A stretch of 64,000 bases of DNA from Octopus sinensis (taxonomy: Eukaryota). The position numbers and the translations under genes were made by a program. Below the pieces are notes generated by a model. That model was not told the origin of the DNA. It ran no database searches and saw only the letters and a list, made by a program, of their open reading frames with translations. The stretch lies in assembly GCF_006345805.1 (NCBI RefSeq), contig NC_043005.1, positions 96,224,001 to 96,288,000 on the forward strand. Reading direction: 5' to 3'. Positions 35,205 through 48,120 of this stretch are shown here, piece after piece. Within the stretch, counting starts at the first letter, position 1. Every line of letters starts with the position of its first letter.

Positions 35205-35985
35205 AAAGAGCACCATGCGAGTGTGATCGTTGACAGAGTGGCTAACCGGCTTCCGTGCCAATGACACATAAATGGCACCATTCGAGTGTGATCGTTACCA
35301 GCGTCACCTTACTGGCACTTGTGCCCGTGCTAGTAGGGTGCCAAGAGTACCATCCGATCATGATTGTTGCCAGAGCGGCTAACTGGCTTCCGTGCCGGTG
35401 GCATGTAAAAGGCACCATTCGAGCGTGATCATTACCAGCATCGCCTTACTGGCACTTGTGTCCGTGCTAGTAGGGTGCCAAGAGTACCCTCCGAGCATGA
35501 TTGTTGCCAGAGCGGCTAACTGGCTTCCGTGCCGGTGGTATGTAAGAGGCACCATTTGAGCGGGATCGTTACCAGCGTTTGTCGCCTTACTGGCACTTGT
35601 GCCCGTGCTAGTAGGGTGCCAAGAGTACCATCCAAGCATGATTGTTGCCAGAGCGGCTAACTGGCTTCCATACCAGTGGCATGTAAAAGGCACCATTCGA
35701 GCGTGATCATTACCAACGTCGCCTTACTGGCACCTGTGCCGGTGGCATGTGTAAAAAGATTCGAGCGAGGTCGTTGCCAGTACCGCCTGTCTGGCCCCCG
35801 TGCCGGTGGCATGTAAAAAGCACGCACTACACTCTTGGAGTGGTTGGCGTTAGGAAGCACATTCAGCTGTAGAAATTCTGCCAGATCAAGATTGGAGCCT
35901 GGTGCAGCCATCTGGTTCGCTAGCCCTCAGTCAAAATCATCCAACCCATGCTAGCATGGAAAGCGGACATTAAACGATGATGATG

Positions 35986-35987
<2 letters not shown>
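35205..35987 (+). mobile_element. RTE 3'-UTR copy with expanded VNTR (about 3.5 units of about 137 bp) and (GAT)n tail abutting (TA)n
   Basis: ccaagagtac recurs at 35341, 35478 and 35619. Constant tail ...ctgtagaaa..tgccagatcaagattggagcctggtgcagcc..ccatgctagcatggaaagcggacattaaacgatgatgat. Confidence 0.88.
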
Positions 35988-36019
<32 letters not shown>

Positions 36020-36499
36020 TATAAAAATACAAAATGGGACAAGAATGCAAAGCATTCAAATAGACGATACAAAAAACAGACAGGTCATTCAAAGCCTCTA
36101 ATCTTCAGTCAAGAACCGGATCATCCTCGCAATTTCGCCTGATTAATCTTGAGATTGCTCTGATCTGGCCAGCCCCAAGGAAAAACTAAGCTACGAGCAT
36201 TAGATTTCTTGGAAAAAGGATCGAATGTATACAAAACAAGGACAGAAAAACGGACGATGTTACACGAATCAATAAATGAGAACATTCTTCAATGGAGACA
36301 TGCGCCTGGTTACTTACAATAGCACAAAGATAATACAATCACACATGTATTAAGGAATCTGTATTTTATCACAAACAACCTAACTAAAACTTTGAACAGT
36401 AATACATACGCTAAACCCTACCACCCAATCTCTCACTATTCCGCATGACAACAATGTATATGAGAGCTGCTGCAAAGTTACTGGCTTTAAAAGTATTGT

Positions 36500-36662
36500 G
36501 AAAGGTCTGGTTGGAGGCCCAACTTTCCAAGTTCTTTTACAAAGCTGAAGAACCACTGCAATAAGTATGTGAATCTGAGAGGAGAATATAAAATCATAAT
36601 TAATTGATGCTCCCATATTTTCTCTTACCCAAAACCAGGGTCTTTCCAGCACCACCTCATAT
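36500..36662 (+). mobile_element. Partial copy of the same mariner MITE family
   Basis: Shares gtgaatctgag..gaatat..aaaatcataattaattgat and the right-TIR-like end with 5245-5452. Confidence 0.65.
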
Positions 36663-37127
36663 GTGTGTGTGTGCGTGCAAACGTGTATATATAAATATAT
36701 ATATATTACTTGTTTCAGTAACTAGACTGCAGGCTATGCTGGGACATTGCCTTTAAATTTTAGTATGCCTAAACAACATAATAAAGACAAGGATTCCATT
36801 TTAGAGCCAAAAATATTTCATTCTTGAACAATTGTTAACCCACCAAGTGAGAGTCACACTGAAGTACTTATTGCTCACAGCTATGGAACATTGCCGTTTA
36901 TATACACAAACATCCTAAACTTCGTCCAAAAGTAGGAAATATTAAATATCAAATGAATAAACAAGACAACATCAAGTCACTAACTGTGTTATTTTGAAAA
37001 AAGAAAAAAGCAACTAAGAACAATTTTGGTTAATGTTTACAAGTACAAAAGCACGAAAAAAAAATCGACCTTTTTTTTTCAAAATTTTTTCAATCAAAAT
37101 GTAGAACACATATAAATACTGAAAAAT

Positions 37128-37405
37128 CGGCACAGTCATGCCTTTGGTTGTCAGAAGTGAAAGTAGTCAACTTCGTGTATTTCCGTCAGGTTTATACCTT
37201 CGTTAATTTACGCCGTTTATTTATGTACCACCACACTGTTAGGTTTATAAAACAATTGAAGTTCAGTTTAAAGTTTATAAATAAATACATTTCATGTGTA
37301 ATGTATACACATGTGTATATATATATATATATATATGTATACACATGTATATATACACATGTATATATATATATATATATGTATACACATGTATATATAC
37401 ACATG

Positions 37406-37445
<40 letters not shown>

Positions 37446-37518
37446 TATATATATATACACATGTATATATACACATGTATATATATATATATATATGTAT
37501 ACACATGTATATATACAC

Positions 37519-37556
<38 letters not shown>

Positions 37557-37558
37557 AC

Positions 37559-37593
<35 letters not shown>

Positions 37594-37596
37594 CAC

Positions 37597-37633
<37 letters not shown>

Positions 37634-38085
37634 CACATGTATAGACACATCTTTAATTAAACTATTGACCGCCTTAAAACGGATTTCAACAGAAAAATAT
37701 TACTATAATGGATAATATAAGCATATAACTACTTATACACACATACAATAAATACAGACGCACACACATTAGTCAGACATATAGCCACATATACACACAC
37801 ACACACGTGTGTATGATTGGTGTATGTGATCGCGGTGGTGGTGGTCATTTGTGCAGATTTGGTGTGATTTCTTTTTTAAAAACAATAATGCAAGAATATA
37901 TTTATTTATAAAGTTTAAACAGAACATGGAATGAAATGTATTTATTTATAAACTTTAAACTGAACTTCAATTGTTTTATAAACCTAACAGCGTGGTGGTA
38001 CGTAAATTAACGAAGGTATAAACCTGACGGAAATACACGAAGTTGACTACTTTCACTTCTGACAACCAAAGGCATGACTGTGCCG
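37128..38085. mobile_element. Foldback-type element with about 155-bp terminal inverted repeats and an internal TA/ACATGT minisatellite
   Basis: 37128-37295 is the reverse complement of 37931-38085 apart from a 13-nt insertion and a few substitutions. No TSD or ORF recognised. Confidence 0.85.
37300..37650. repeat. (TA)n interleaved with about 13 TACACATGTA units
   Basis: Seen directly. This is the source of the IYIY/YTHV pseudo-ORFs. Confidence 0.97.
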
Positions 38086-38329
38086 TGAAGGGCACGATTT
38101 AGAATGTTTTATGGTAAAGATATGCAGTGAGGATGTTTTCTTGTTATGAAGCAGTCTTGTCAATGTTATTCCGTAGTTAGACAAAGGATAACATTATAAA
38201 GAAGATTATTGAAACTTTATCTCTGTTAATAATTTTTTCTTCCTTTCGGTTGTCAGAAAAAGCAATTTTAGTTTGTTCAACTCTGCTTGGATGACTAAAG
38301 GGATCATATAGTAGCTATTAGAAGTTGTT

Positions 38330-38530
38330 GTTGTTTAGTCTCATGCCGACTCTGATTGAGCAGAACTATAACCAAAAGCACTCCAACTACAACTAGTTCA
38401 TCTTTTTTTTTTCCAGACTGAGTACCTTAGATTACCCAATGTATCTTTTTCTTATTTAAGATGGTAGGATATGATTTGATGGAGATTTGGCTGCTATTTC
38501 TAGCAAGTCAAACAACCACAAAGAAGCACT
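38330..38530. mobile_element. Interspersed repeat family D (ttgtttag.c...gagcagac.tat...gatttg..ggagatttggctgctatttctagca..tc.a..gacca)
   Basis: The same motif occurs at about 9690-9860, 17550-17610, 18090-18190, 18400-18460, 18650-18860, 25940-26180, 29400-29590, 33960-34130 and 60830-60990. Confidence 0.75.
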
Positions 38531-39429
38531 TACTTTAAGTTCAAGTTGCTAAAAGTAGACCTAACAAGTGACATTTTGCAAAAGCTAATTTATTGACACA
38601 AAAAGAATTTATAGTTGACATGGTTTATATGTGTATAAGTAACATTATAACATTATATAGAAAGCAAACAGCAGCTGAAAGACAAGAGGGGAAACGGACT
38701 ATCTACATGTAGCTATTATATCATGGACAATAGGTGTGGTCCATAAGATTATCTTACATTTCACATAGCTAAGTGTAGTATCTATTTCATTGTCTTCTAC
38801 AGCTAAGATCTTGCTTCTAACCTAATGACTGTAAGATTTCTTACAAGGCACAACATTGAGGATGAAGAAAAATATTCAGTGCTATGAATCTCAAAACGAA
38901 CATTTCACTTCATTCAATGACCTGATGGTAATATAGAATAGAAATAACAATTGCTCTATGGCCAAAAATAAAAATAATAGAGGCACTATCAAATATCTGA
39001 ATCATCTGTTACATTTTTAAGTTCATTCTATCATCTAGAAACAAAGAATTAAATCACACTCCATTTTATATTTGGAATGCTTAGCCAAAGAAAAGTAAAA
39101 CTAGAAACTAACAAAAATAGTGTGGTCTGTATTGACAAAGAAAAAAGAGGGTTAATAAAACTTAACATATTTGATGGCATATAAGACACTTAAAAAAATG
39201 TCACAAAACAATCACCATGAGTCCTACATGTGAAGTTGAGCTTATATTACATGCTTTGATGCACTAAAAACTTTTTTCCTGAATATGCGCTGATGAAATA
39301 GGGTTGCATCTAAAATAACTATGTCTTTTATGCAAGCAAATATGGTATTAAAATAACCTGTTATTCGATGGATAAAAATGGACAGCAAAATTACCTTTGA
39401 CCTATTTTAATCTTATACAACCCTGCTCC

Positions 39430-40480
39430 AGAAGAGACAACCTCAAAAGCAACAACTAGTTCACTCATAACTTCTTTATAGCAGTACAGATGAGGGACTG
39501 CCTACAATACCTACAGTTACTAAGCACCATCAACTGGCAGTCATTTACACAATACAGCAATGCCTGCAAGATTATCCTCAGAGGAACAAAGGGCTTCTTA
39601 TGCATCAAACAGCTTGAAGCTTTCTTGCTACGCAAAGTGTAGCTGAGCCTTCTAGGTTTTGACATGAATGTCACTTTACTATGAAGAATTCACGTAATTA
39701 CCTTTCTTCAACAATGATAAAGGTTTTGTAAGTAAATCTTTTACAGATAACACTACAGCTTTTGCTGACCTTTTTTCAACAACATACAAAATCCTTCACA
39801 AACTCTTCTTTTCCACTCTATATGCCCAGCACATTGGTACCAAACCTGAAAACACCGTCAGTCACTTCAACAAAACAAGGCAACTAATTTTGATGATGCT
39901 CCTTCTGCAACCCTTTCACTGCCAACTATATTATCAACCCCATTTAAAAACATCTCATTCATAAACAGTACCCCTGTGATTATGTTGCTTCTGTCTGTGT
40001 TCTCAATAACCATCTCTCCAATACACATCAATGGCCCCTCACTCTTGAGAATACAGCTCCTGTTTCTCTGAACAAGCAAGCTACATATCACTCATTACTG
40101 GCCAATCCACTTTTGCTATTGGTCACCATCCATAACAAGAACAGCAGCTCCATTAAATCTAACACAGCATCCAGCTACATCCTTATTAATTTATGAAACG
40201 TCTATCTTTGAGAAAGTTCCTCTGACTTGATATGGCTGTGTAGTTCAAATTTAGTGATTCAAAAAGATGTCCAATCGTTATAGCATATCCAGGACAGCAC
40301 ACCTAAACAATACAAGATGATCATGGCAAAATAACTCATTTGAAGAATTCTTCAATCAATGCAGTATTCAAACGGCATGTTACTCAAATTATTTACCCAC
40401 AACAACAATTATTATCATTAACTACACTGACCTTATTGGATTTTATTCTTGTCATTCCAAGAAGACATTGCATCATTCCT
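39430..40480 (+). mobile_element. Very old CR1/L2-like LINE ORF2 remnant
   Basis: C/A-rich strand with weak remnants resembling SNSTLDD..PP, SDPSNYRPI and LDISKAFD segments. Heavily disrupted. Confidence 0.4.
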
Positions 40481-40703
40481 TATAAAAATTTTTACTTTTT
40501 AAATTTTTTTTTTATATATTTCTGCTCCACCCCTTGAAATATGTTGAATTTCAAACCTTGTAAACTTTGTGAATTTTGAATTTTTTACCAATGCTGCCTT
40601 TGAAGGTTTTTTTCTACCCTGTTGATGACTTGTTCCCTCCCTCCCACCCAATTTTATTTAGAAACAGATAAAAACCAAAATCAAATAGAAAGTTATTTCT
40701 TAC

Positions 40704-40811
40704 CTGCCCCTTGATAAGATGTAACAGGAAAGCTAATGCAACATGCCTGTCTTCTGTAACAGGAGATTCTACCAAATCTTTGATAGCTTGCCATATGGCA
40801 GCCACAGCATT
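40704..40811 (-). CDS. TSC2: TSC2 exon (human exon 4 equivalent): NAVAAIWQAIKDLVESPVTEDRHVALAFLLHLIKGQ
   Basis: ttccag/gtaaga borders, 108 nt, phase 0-0. Aligns with human [37 protein letters not shown]. Confidence 0.95.
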
Positions 40812-42409
40812 CTGGAATGAGAAAATTGATAAATTAGTTAATATAATATTAGTTATCAATAATATTTTATTTACAATAGACAGAGGCTGGGGGTAAAATG
40901 GCTTTTTTTGAACACACATGTACACATACGTGCATGTGTCTATCCAGTCAACATCCACAGACCCTGTCAGATTTGCATCTTCTAGTGACGAACAATTTCA
41001 CCATCACGACCATCACCCCTCTTCCAATGAGGGATCATGTCTGATAATCTATGATGTATTCTCTCTGAAGTATCTTTCTATATTGTGATCTTTTCCTGGC
41101 CCCTTATTGTGCTCTGTTCTCTCCCTGGTCCTTGTTGTCTTCTCTCTCTGCTCCTTTTGATGTGCTCTGTTCTCTCCTTGGCTTCTGTCTGGTGTGCACT
41201 TGTACCTTGTTATGCTATATTCCCTTTTAGCTTACTCAGGCTTTGCTAGCTACATCTTGTCTTCATTGTCAACTAATCCATAACACACATGCCTTATAAT
41301 TCACTACTCTAACGCTCTCTATTCCCCCACAAGCATCACGCTAAGTATTGCAAACAATCCTCCTTTCCAATGGCCACTAACTTGGGAACCAGCCCATTTC
41401 ATGTGTATTCCTGCATTACACATTCACATTGTCTAGGCTTCACATAAACTGCATCAGACAAGGACTATACATTCAATAGACAAATCTCTTTCTGTTCTTG
41501 GTTTTAGAATAGGTACACCGTGTCAGAGGAAGTAACTAGAATGACTGGTAATAGGAAGGGCAGCCAACCATAAAATACTTCTGAATAGCCATCCATGGCC
41601 ACACAGAAGAGTGGATGTAAAATGCTTATGAAGAGGACATGCACAAATGAAATACTATACAAATGAATGATATTATAAGCTATAATTTTTAATGAATATA
41701 CAATCATGAGTTAATTGCATGAATGAATTAACTTGGACCGACACAATACACACACAAGGTGGTGTGCCAGTCGAGTTTTGCTCACAATGACTAAAATAAA
41801 CTTAAGAACTAAAGAATATGTGAAAATATATATACACGGTAATGGAGAAGATCATAGATGATTTTCTTTTCTTCAACTGGTTTCAGTCAGTAGATTGAAG
41901 CCATACTGTGCCATTGTCTTCTCAGCTTTTTACTCATTCATACTGACCTCAGCAGTCTTAGTGCTTATCTTACCAATCTGCTCTGGGAAAATTGGTAAGC
42001 TAATCATGGTGCAAAGAGACAGAACTGAACACAACACATTAGTTTTGTTCATACTCCATGCATACACACAACTAATAAGCTTCATTCACTCCCAAGGCTT
42101 GCCCAAAGCACCACCTTACATTGGGATCAAACTCAGAATTATGTGGTTGTAAAGCAAGCTTAACCATATAGCCTTGCCCTTACATCTGTATATCCAATAA
42201 GCGCTATATGTATGTGCATAATTTCATTTTAATGCCCTGTTTGTGTCCATATTTGCACAGGCTGTGCACATTCTGTTTAACAACACTTGTGACCAATATA
42301 TACAACAGCAGATGTTACTAGAAATGTAGAACTATAATGTACCTCAGAACAAGTGTAGCAATGCTTTATTATTATTTATTATAGCCAGGTTCCAACCCAG
42401 GCCATAGCA

Positions 42410-42700
42410 AAAAAGTCTATTCACTACACTTCTTGGTCCAACATTACTGCCTCAAAGTCCTGGATACATTCCAAGCCAGTGTCTGTGATCAAGACATCGA
42501 TGTATGTGTGATGACGTTTTCCCCTTCTTATATCACCATGAAGTGGGTTCCACAAGACTAATTTGGATGCTTCCAGTTCAGGGTGGCACACACAGTAACC
42601 AGATATCCACAGACATCTTTCCCTGTTCTTCTTGCTAACTTTGAGCAGGCCTCCATAAAGGCATTAGTGTGTGTGTGTGAAGTACTCAGAACCATGTTAG
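42410..42700 (-). mobile_element. Decayed RTE/RTEX-like LINE 3' fragment
   Basis: Translates as LYGGLLKVSKKNRERCLWISGYCVCHPELEASKLVLWNPLHGDIRRGKRHHTYIDVLITDTGL, typical of a LINE ORF2 C-terminus. Confidence 0.7.
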
Positions 42701-43119
42701 CCAATGTCCCACTTTTAAGGTAGTAGAGTTTAATTTGGGGGAGATTCGGCTATTTCTAGTGAGTTGGGTGACCATGTAGAGATTCGTTTGAAGAATTGGG
42801 ATAACTGGATAAGATCAGTATAGTTAGAGTTTGGTATTAAGAATTGTTAAATACAAACACAGGTAAAGGAAAAGGTTTTCATCACAGAGAAAAAGGCTTC
42901 AAGGAAGTTGTTACCATTATTGAGTAACTCTGTCCAACCTTCAACAAGCAGACCTACAACATGTAAGTAATTTAGTTGAACAACTGAATGTAATCAACAG
43001 ATCCAGTTATATAATGGTAAAACTTAGTTGATGTCATTTTCACTACTGTCCAATCTGTTCTCGCTGGCAGGTTCTCATAATGGTCACAGTGGAGAAGGAG
43101 AAAGTGGATTTTAATTTCT

Positions 43120-43345
43120 TTATTGCCCACAAGGGGCTAAACATAGAGAGGACAAACAAGGACAGACAAAGGGAATACGTCGATTACATCGACCCCAATG
43201 CGTGACTTGTACTTAATTTATCGACCCCGAAAGGATGAAAGGTAAAGTCGACCACGGTAGAATTCGAACTCAGAACGTAATGGCAGGCGAAATACCGCTA
43301 AGCATTTCGACCGTCGTACTAACGTTTCTGCCAGCTCACCACCCT
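43120..43345 (-). mobile_element. tRNA-derived SINE family B (gagctggcagaa.cgttag head; ctttcatcctttcggggtcgataaattaagtac core, resembling the Meta-SINE domain)
   Basis: Near-complete copies at 21125-21345(-), 43120-43345(-) and 45885-46060(+). More decayed copies at about 11420-11615, 17105-17325, 26930-27090, 49210-49350, 57470-57680 and 58560-58740. The Meta-domain link is from recall. Confidence 0.85.
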
Positions 43346-43662
43346 AAGGAGAAAGTGGATTTAGTCACAGACAGACAATTGCTGTACCTCTGCACTTATT
43401 GTTTGTGGTGCATAATCTAGCAGTGTTTCAGACTGATGACACAATTGATGTTGTCGTTATTTTCGTATGCATTCTTGTGTATTTTTTATGCTTGTCTGAA
43501 GCAAGGGGATAATAAAAGCACTCTTAGAATGATGCTGTACACATGTTCAAGAAGATTGTAGGTAAATAAGATCATTGTGGGAAATAATGTGGAACAGAGA
43601 ACGTTAGAGCAACAACTTTTCTAACTTCTTATGTCAAATTTCAATATAGTTGTCCCTGTTAA

Positions 43663-44740
43663 CCATTTCGTTACCAAAGCCGCCCGAAAAAAATTTTGGT
43701 TAATGTGACCAAACCGCCCAAACCCGCACGAATTTACCTATTCATATTTAAATGAGAATATCAGAGCAAATCTCTTTAGTACATTCGTGAAAACACGTGA
43801 TTATGCTTCGTAAACAGTTAATCTACAGTTTTGTGTAGATCGACGTGTAATTTTAATTCCCTGAATTTTGGGAGATTTTTTTCCACATTTTTTTCAGCAT
43901 CGATTTTTCTTCAACTTTGAAAATGGATAGGAGTTTCATGTTATCAAGCATTGATTCTGAATTGGAAAATTTGTGAAACAAATACTGGGTACTGTTGTGG
44001 ATTTAGTTTTTATACAGGGAAACTAATGTTAGTCAGCATGGCTTAGGGTATGATGTGGTCTGGAAGTTATTGTTTGAAGCGATCAATGCGGAAACAAACT
44101 TACGCAGATTGTAAACAAACACAAAATGGGGGTTCAAATTTCTGAAAATTTGTGAAGCAAATACTGGGTACTGCGTGGATTTAGTTTTTATACAGGGAAA
44201 ATAATGTTAGTCAGCATGACCTAGGGAACGATGTGGTCTGGAATTTATCACTTCCATACCATAACCAGGGCCGTATATTATTTTTTGACCGACTTCTTTA
44301 GTTTGGTCAAACTTACGGCTTTATGGTACACTTGTTGTGCATTAAATTCAACTGATGATATAGTGATGTGCACATTTCTTCTTTATCAAAATTTTGTTGC
44401 ATACCCATTTGAATATTAACTGATGATTCATTTTCTATGGTGATGTTTAAACAAAATTTTAATATTTTTACCTTTTGCTCAATTTAAAATTTTAATATTT
44501 TTACCTTTTGCTCAATTTACCTGGATTTACCTGTAATTAAAGTCACTTTGAGACAAAAGTTATGCAATAGAATTGATTAAGAACCCTTTCTTTAATTATG
44601 TTCCAAATATCACATTAATATGTTGATAAGTAAAAAAGTTACAGTTATTTAATGAAACAAGCCTAGATTCATGATTATTTTAGAATTTAATTGAAACTCA
44701 TGAGGGGTGTATTTTGGACAGAAATATAGTAACGAAAGGG
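43663..44740. mobile_element. Non-autonomous piggyBac-type DNA transposon (1078 bp)
   Basis: TTAA on both sides (43659-43662, 44741-44744). TIRs CCATTTCGTTAC / GTAACGAAAGGG. No transposase ORF. Confidence 0.88.
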
Positions 44741-47699
44741 TTAATCAAGTGGTCTGTTGTGATGGGAAATGTATTATTTTGTATTCTTAGTTGTGGAGTT
44801 AAGACAAGACTGATAGAGATAATGTATTGTTTGTACATTAATGCTGCTGTTTCTGTGTTTGCAAAAAAGTGGTGTCTATTGTGAGGTGCTTTGCAAAGTT
44901 CTAAACATATATTTTGTACTCTGTGAACCTACAAGAAATAACAGCCAAATCTTCTTCAAACCACCTCCTACCATATTAAAAAAAAATGGGGGAAAACAAT
45001 GAAAAATTCAAAAAAATCTATATAGAGCAGAGGTCTAGAAACAAGATGCCACAAGGCTGTAGTACATTGTGTTTATATTAAATGGTAGAGTATCAACAAT
45101 GTGAGAGAGGTGGAGACTGATGTAATGGTGTCAGATAAGAGAAACAGACAGAAAGGGAAAGAGAGAGAAACAGCTCTGTTGTATCTTTTATCTTACTTGT
45201 TTCAGTCATTGGATTGTGGCCATGCTGGGGCACTGTCTTGAAGTGTTTAGTTGAACGAATCAACTCCCATACTTATTCTATCAGTCTCTTTCATGGAAAC
45301 CACTAAGTTATGAATGAGGATGTAAACAAGCCAACACCAGTTGTTAGTGGGAGACAAACACAAAGACACACACACACACATGCATGCATACTTACATACA
45401 TACCAAGCATCACACTAATACACCTGCTTGTTCCCTCACCTGCCTTTGTCTTTTGTTTTCTGTACATTTGAACCATATAAGTATGTATGGAGAGCAGACA
45501 TTAAACAATGATGATGATGAAACATATATGTACACACACACAGTGGGTTTCGTTTCTACAATGCTCATCATCAAAATTCATTCACAAGGCACTGATCAAC
45601 CAGGGTCAACAGTAGAAAATACTTGCCCAAGTTAGAATGCAGTGGGACTGAACCTGAAACTACATGGTTGCAAAGTGAGCTTCTTAACCATACAGCCATG
45701 CCTGTGCCTATATTTAATTCAATGTAAATGTTTTATATTCTCAGAGAATTCCATAAGAGCCAGTATTTGGTTCTGGATTCAGAACATCAGGTAGATGAGA
45801 GAGTAATCTCCTTCTGGATAGAAGATCAGTCTTCTACAGCTATTTCCAAATGAATCCTATCTATTTTTAACAGTTAGCCAGTGGCTCTCTGAGCTGGCAG
45901 AATCGTTAGCACGCCGGGCGAAATGCGTAGCTATATTTCATCTGCTGTTATATTCTGAGTTCAAATTCCACCGAGGTTGACTTTGCCTTTCATCCTTTTG
46001 GGGTCGATAAATTAAGTACCAGTTACGCACTGGGGTCAATTACATCGACTTAATCTGTTTGTCTGTCCTTGTTTGTAGCCTCTGTGTTTAGTCCCTTGTG
46101 AGTAGTAAAGAAATAGGTTCTCAAATGGAATAAAGCAATGGATATCTAGGTGCTTTAGAAAATTCCAGATCAATACTTGAGCATCTCAGAAAACCTCCTC
46201 TTGATTGTTTGGTTATACACAAGTATGACTAACTCTTTAGCATTTAGATTACTCTGTAAAATGCAATGTTTATTTATTCACATTGTTTTGAACTGATCAT
46301 GCATTATCTTGCAGCTTCAAAATTTGAACAATGTGATTGTTTATTTCAGAATAACATTGTAGAGTAGCTACAAGAGGTCGTATCTGGCTAGTTTGAACAT
46401 AAAACCAAGGGAATATATTTGAGGTGGATATGGCCAGTTTAAATGTTGAAGAGCTGATTAAACAAGGTAAGCAATAATTTTCTATATTTTTTTCTGATTG
46501 TAAATTTTAAAATATAATCTTGTTTAATTTTACATGTAAAATATACCAGTATATTATTATTTAATCTCCAGTATGTCACAAAACCAAGAAGATTGAAAAC
46601 CACAGAGTTCAGCAAAATGCGAATTCATAATTCATAACTAAGTTAATATCTTATCTGTGCAGTTGTTTTATTTCAACTGCCCATGGGAGACCAATAGTTA
46701 TAGAATGTTGGTGAATAAGGTCTTACTTAACAATCAAATAATTTCTTCAGCATGATCTAGAATGTATTGATTTTGCTATTATTTAACCCTAAGTCAGTTT
46801 TGACAGAGCAAACCTGTGATCCATGCTTTTCTGTTTCTTTCTAGGCATAGTGTATTTTGGATTAAGTTATTCAATGTATACTTTCTTTTTGAAGATAGTA
46901 AAGTTAACTCTGAAGGCAAAGTGGCAGCTATTTGTAGCAGATAAACCATGTTGATGTTCTCTCATTGGCTCATCTAGAACATGCATACATGGTGGACATA
47001 CTGTGCTAGACAAGAAAGCAATACTATGGCATATGATGTACTTGTGCTTCATATAAAGTTAGCAGCAGATTTCTATATCTCTAAACAAGATTCACCTATT
47101 GGTTACTATCCACTAAGTAGGAGGAATAATTCTAAAAGAAGATTAATCATCCACAAGAGGATCTGAACTCAATGATAGGTGTCTGAGCAGTTTGCAATAG
47201 CATTTTATGTTTCCCATGCAAATAAGAGTTGAACAAATGTATAAACACAGACACTGGCATCTGTCCTTGAAATGGATGTTTCTATTACTGAATCTTGTTC
47301 CCAGTGCCAAAATACTCCTTCACAATAAACAACTGCTACCTATCTACCAGCTTAGTAGACTGCCATGAACAGAAATATAATTAAATAAATATAAATTCAA
47401 TATTGTTTCAGTGGTAAGTAAATATTATAAGAGTTACTTAAATTATGACAAAATTTGATTTGCTTAATATTTAAACATGCATAATAAGATGTATCTAGTT
47501 TGCAATTTTTGAAGTGCTTAGTAAAAGGATGGGCACTCAGTTATTGAAACCTTAAAACCATGCCAAAAGGACACAACAAAGATCAGCAGATTTCTCTGTT
47601 ACTGCATGTTTGTCTGATGATGAAGGACTGAGTAAGGTGAAACACTGTGTAACCAATTCCATTACAGAAAAATGACATCAGGAAGAAGAGGTACAAGAA

Positions 47700-48120
47700 C
47701 TGTAAGGCTACCTCTAAGACTTCAGAAGCAGAACACTTTCAGAGATATAAAGCATAGAGTACTTCAGGTAAGATGGCAAGATAGACTCACAAAGCCTTGA
47801 GTCAATCAGAACCCAGATCAAAAGCAGGGAATGGGGCTGGATGGGACACACCCTATGAAAACCCATTTCCAACATTACAAGGAAAGTCCTCAGGTGAATG
47901 CTCCGAGGGAGACAGAAGTGTGACAGACCAAAAGCAACATGGTGAAGGATCACAGAAACTGAAGTGATGGGAGGTAGCTACACCTGGATACTGTAATTCA
48001 TTGCCAAAGATCAAGACTGATGGAAATCTTTTGTTGGTACCCTGTGCTCCACATGAACCCAAAAGAACTAAAGAAAGACAACATGTCCGAATAAAAGAGT
48101 AAGAAAAAATAAAATATTCC
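47700..48120 (+). mobile_element. Decayed 3' fragment of a second RTE-like LINE family
   Basis: Remnant of ...W.GH.L..GKSSGECSEGDRSV (degenerate GKRxRGRP)...GYTW..IAKDQD.WKSFVGTLCST. A second short 3'-end copy lies at 48656-48766. Confidence 0.65.

Noticed and set aside
35205-35800. Regularly spaced GC-rich repeats superficially like a CRISPR array
   Set aside because: There are no unique spacers, the units are tandem and degenerate, the context is eukaryotic and intronic, and the array is continuous with an RTE 3' UTR.
36060-36300. Repeat with CTGAAGA and CGAAA motifs on the minus strand suggestive of a type II hammerhead
   Set aside because: Stems I and III cannot be formed convincingly.
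37192-37715. Multiple 60-150 aa ORFs rich in I/Y/C/H
   Set aside because: These are translations of the (TA)n/ACATGT satellite. The same applies to ORFs at 17661-17903, 24577-24873, 49266-49548 and 59134-59610 over other microsatellites.
45885-45975. tRNA-like sequences with A/B boxes (many SINE heads)
   Set aside because: They have no complete cloverleaf or acceptor stem and are followed by SINE bodies, so they are not tRNA genes.
47614-47650. CTGATGA...GAAAC hammerhead-like pair on the plus strand
   Set aside because: Stem II does not pair and the cleavage triplet would end in G.
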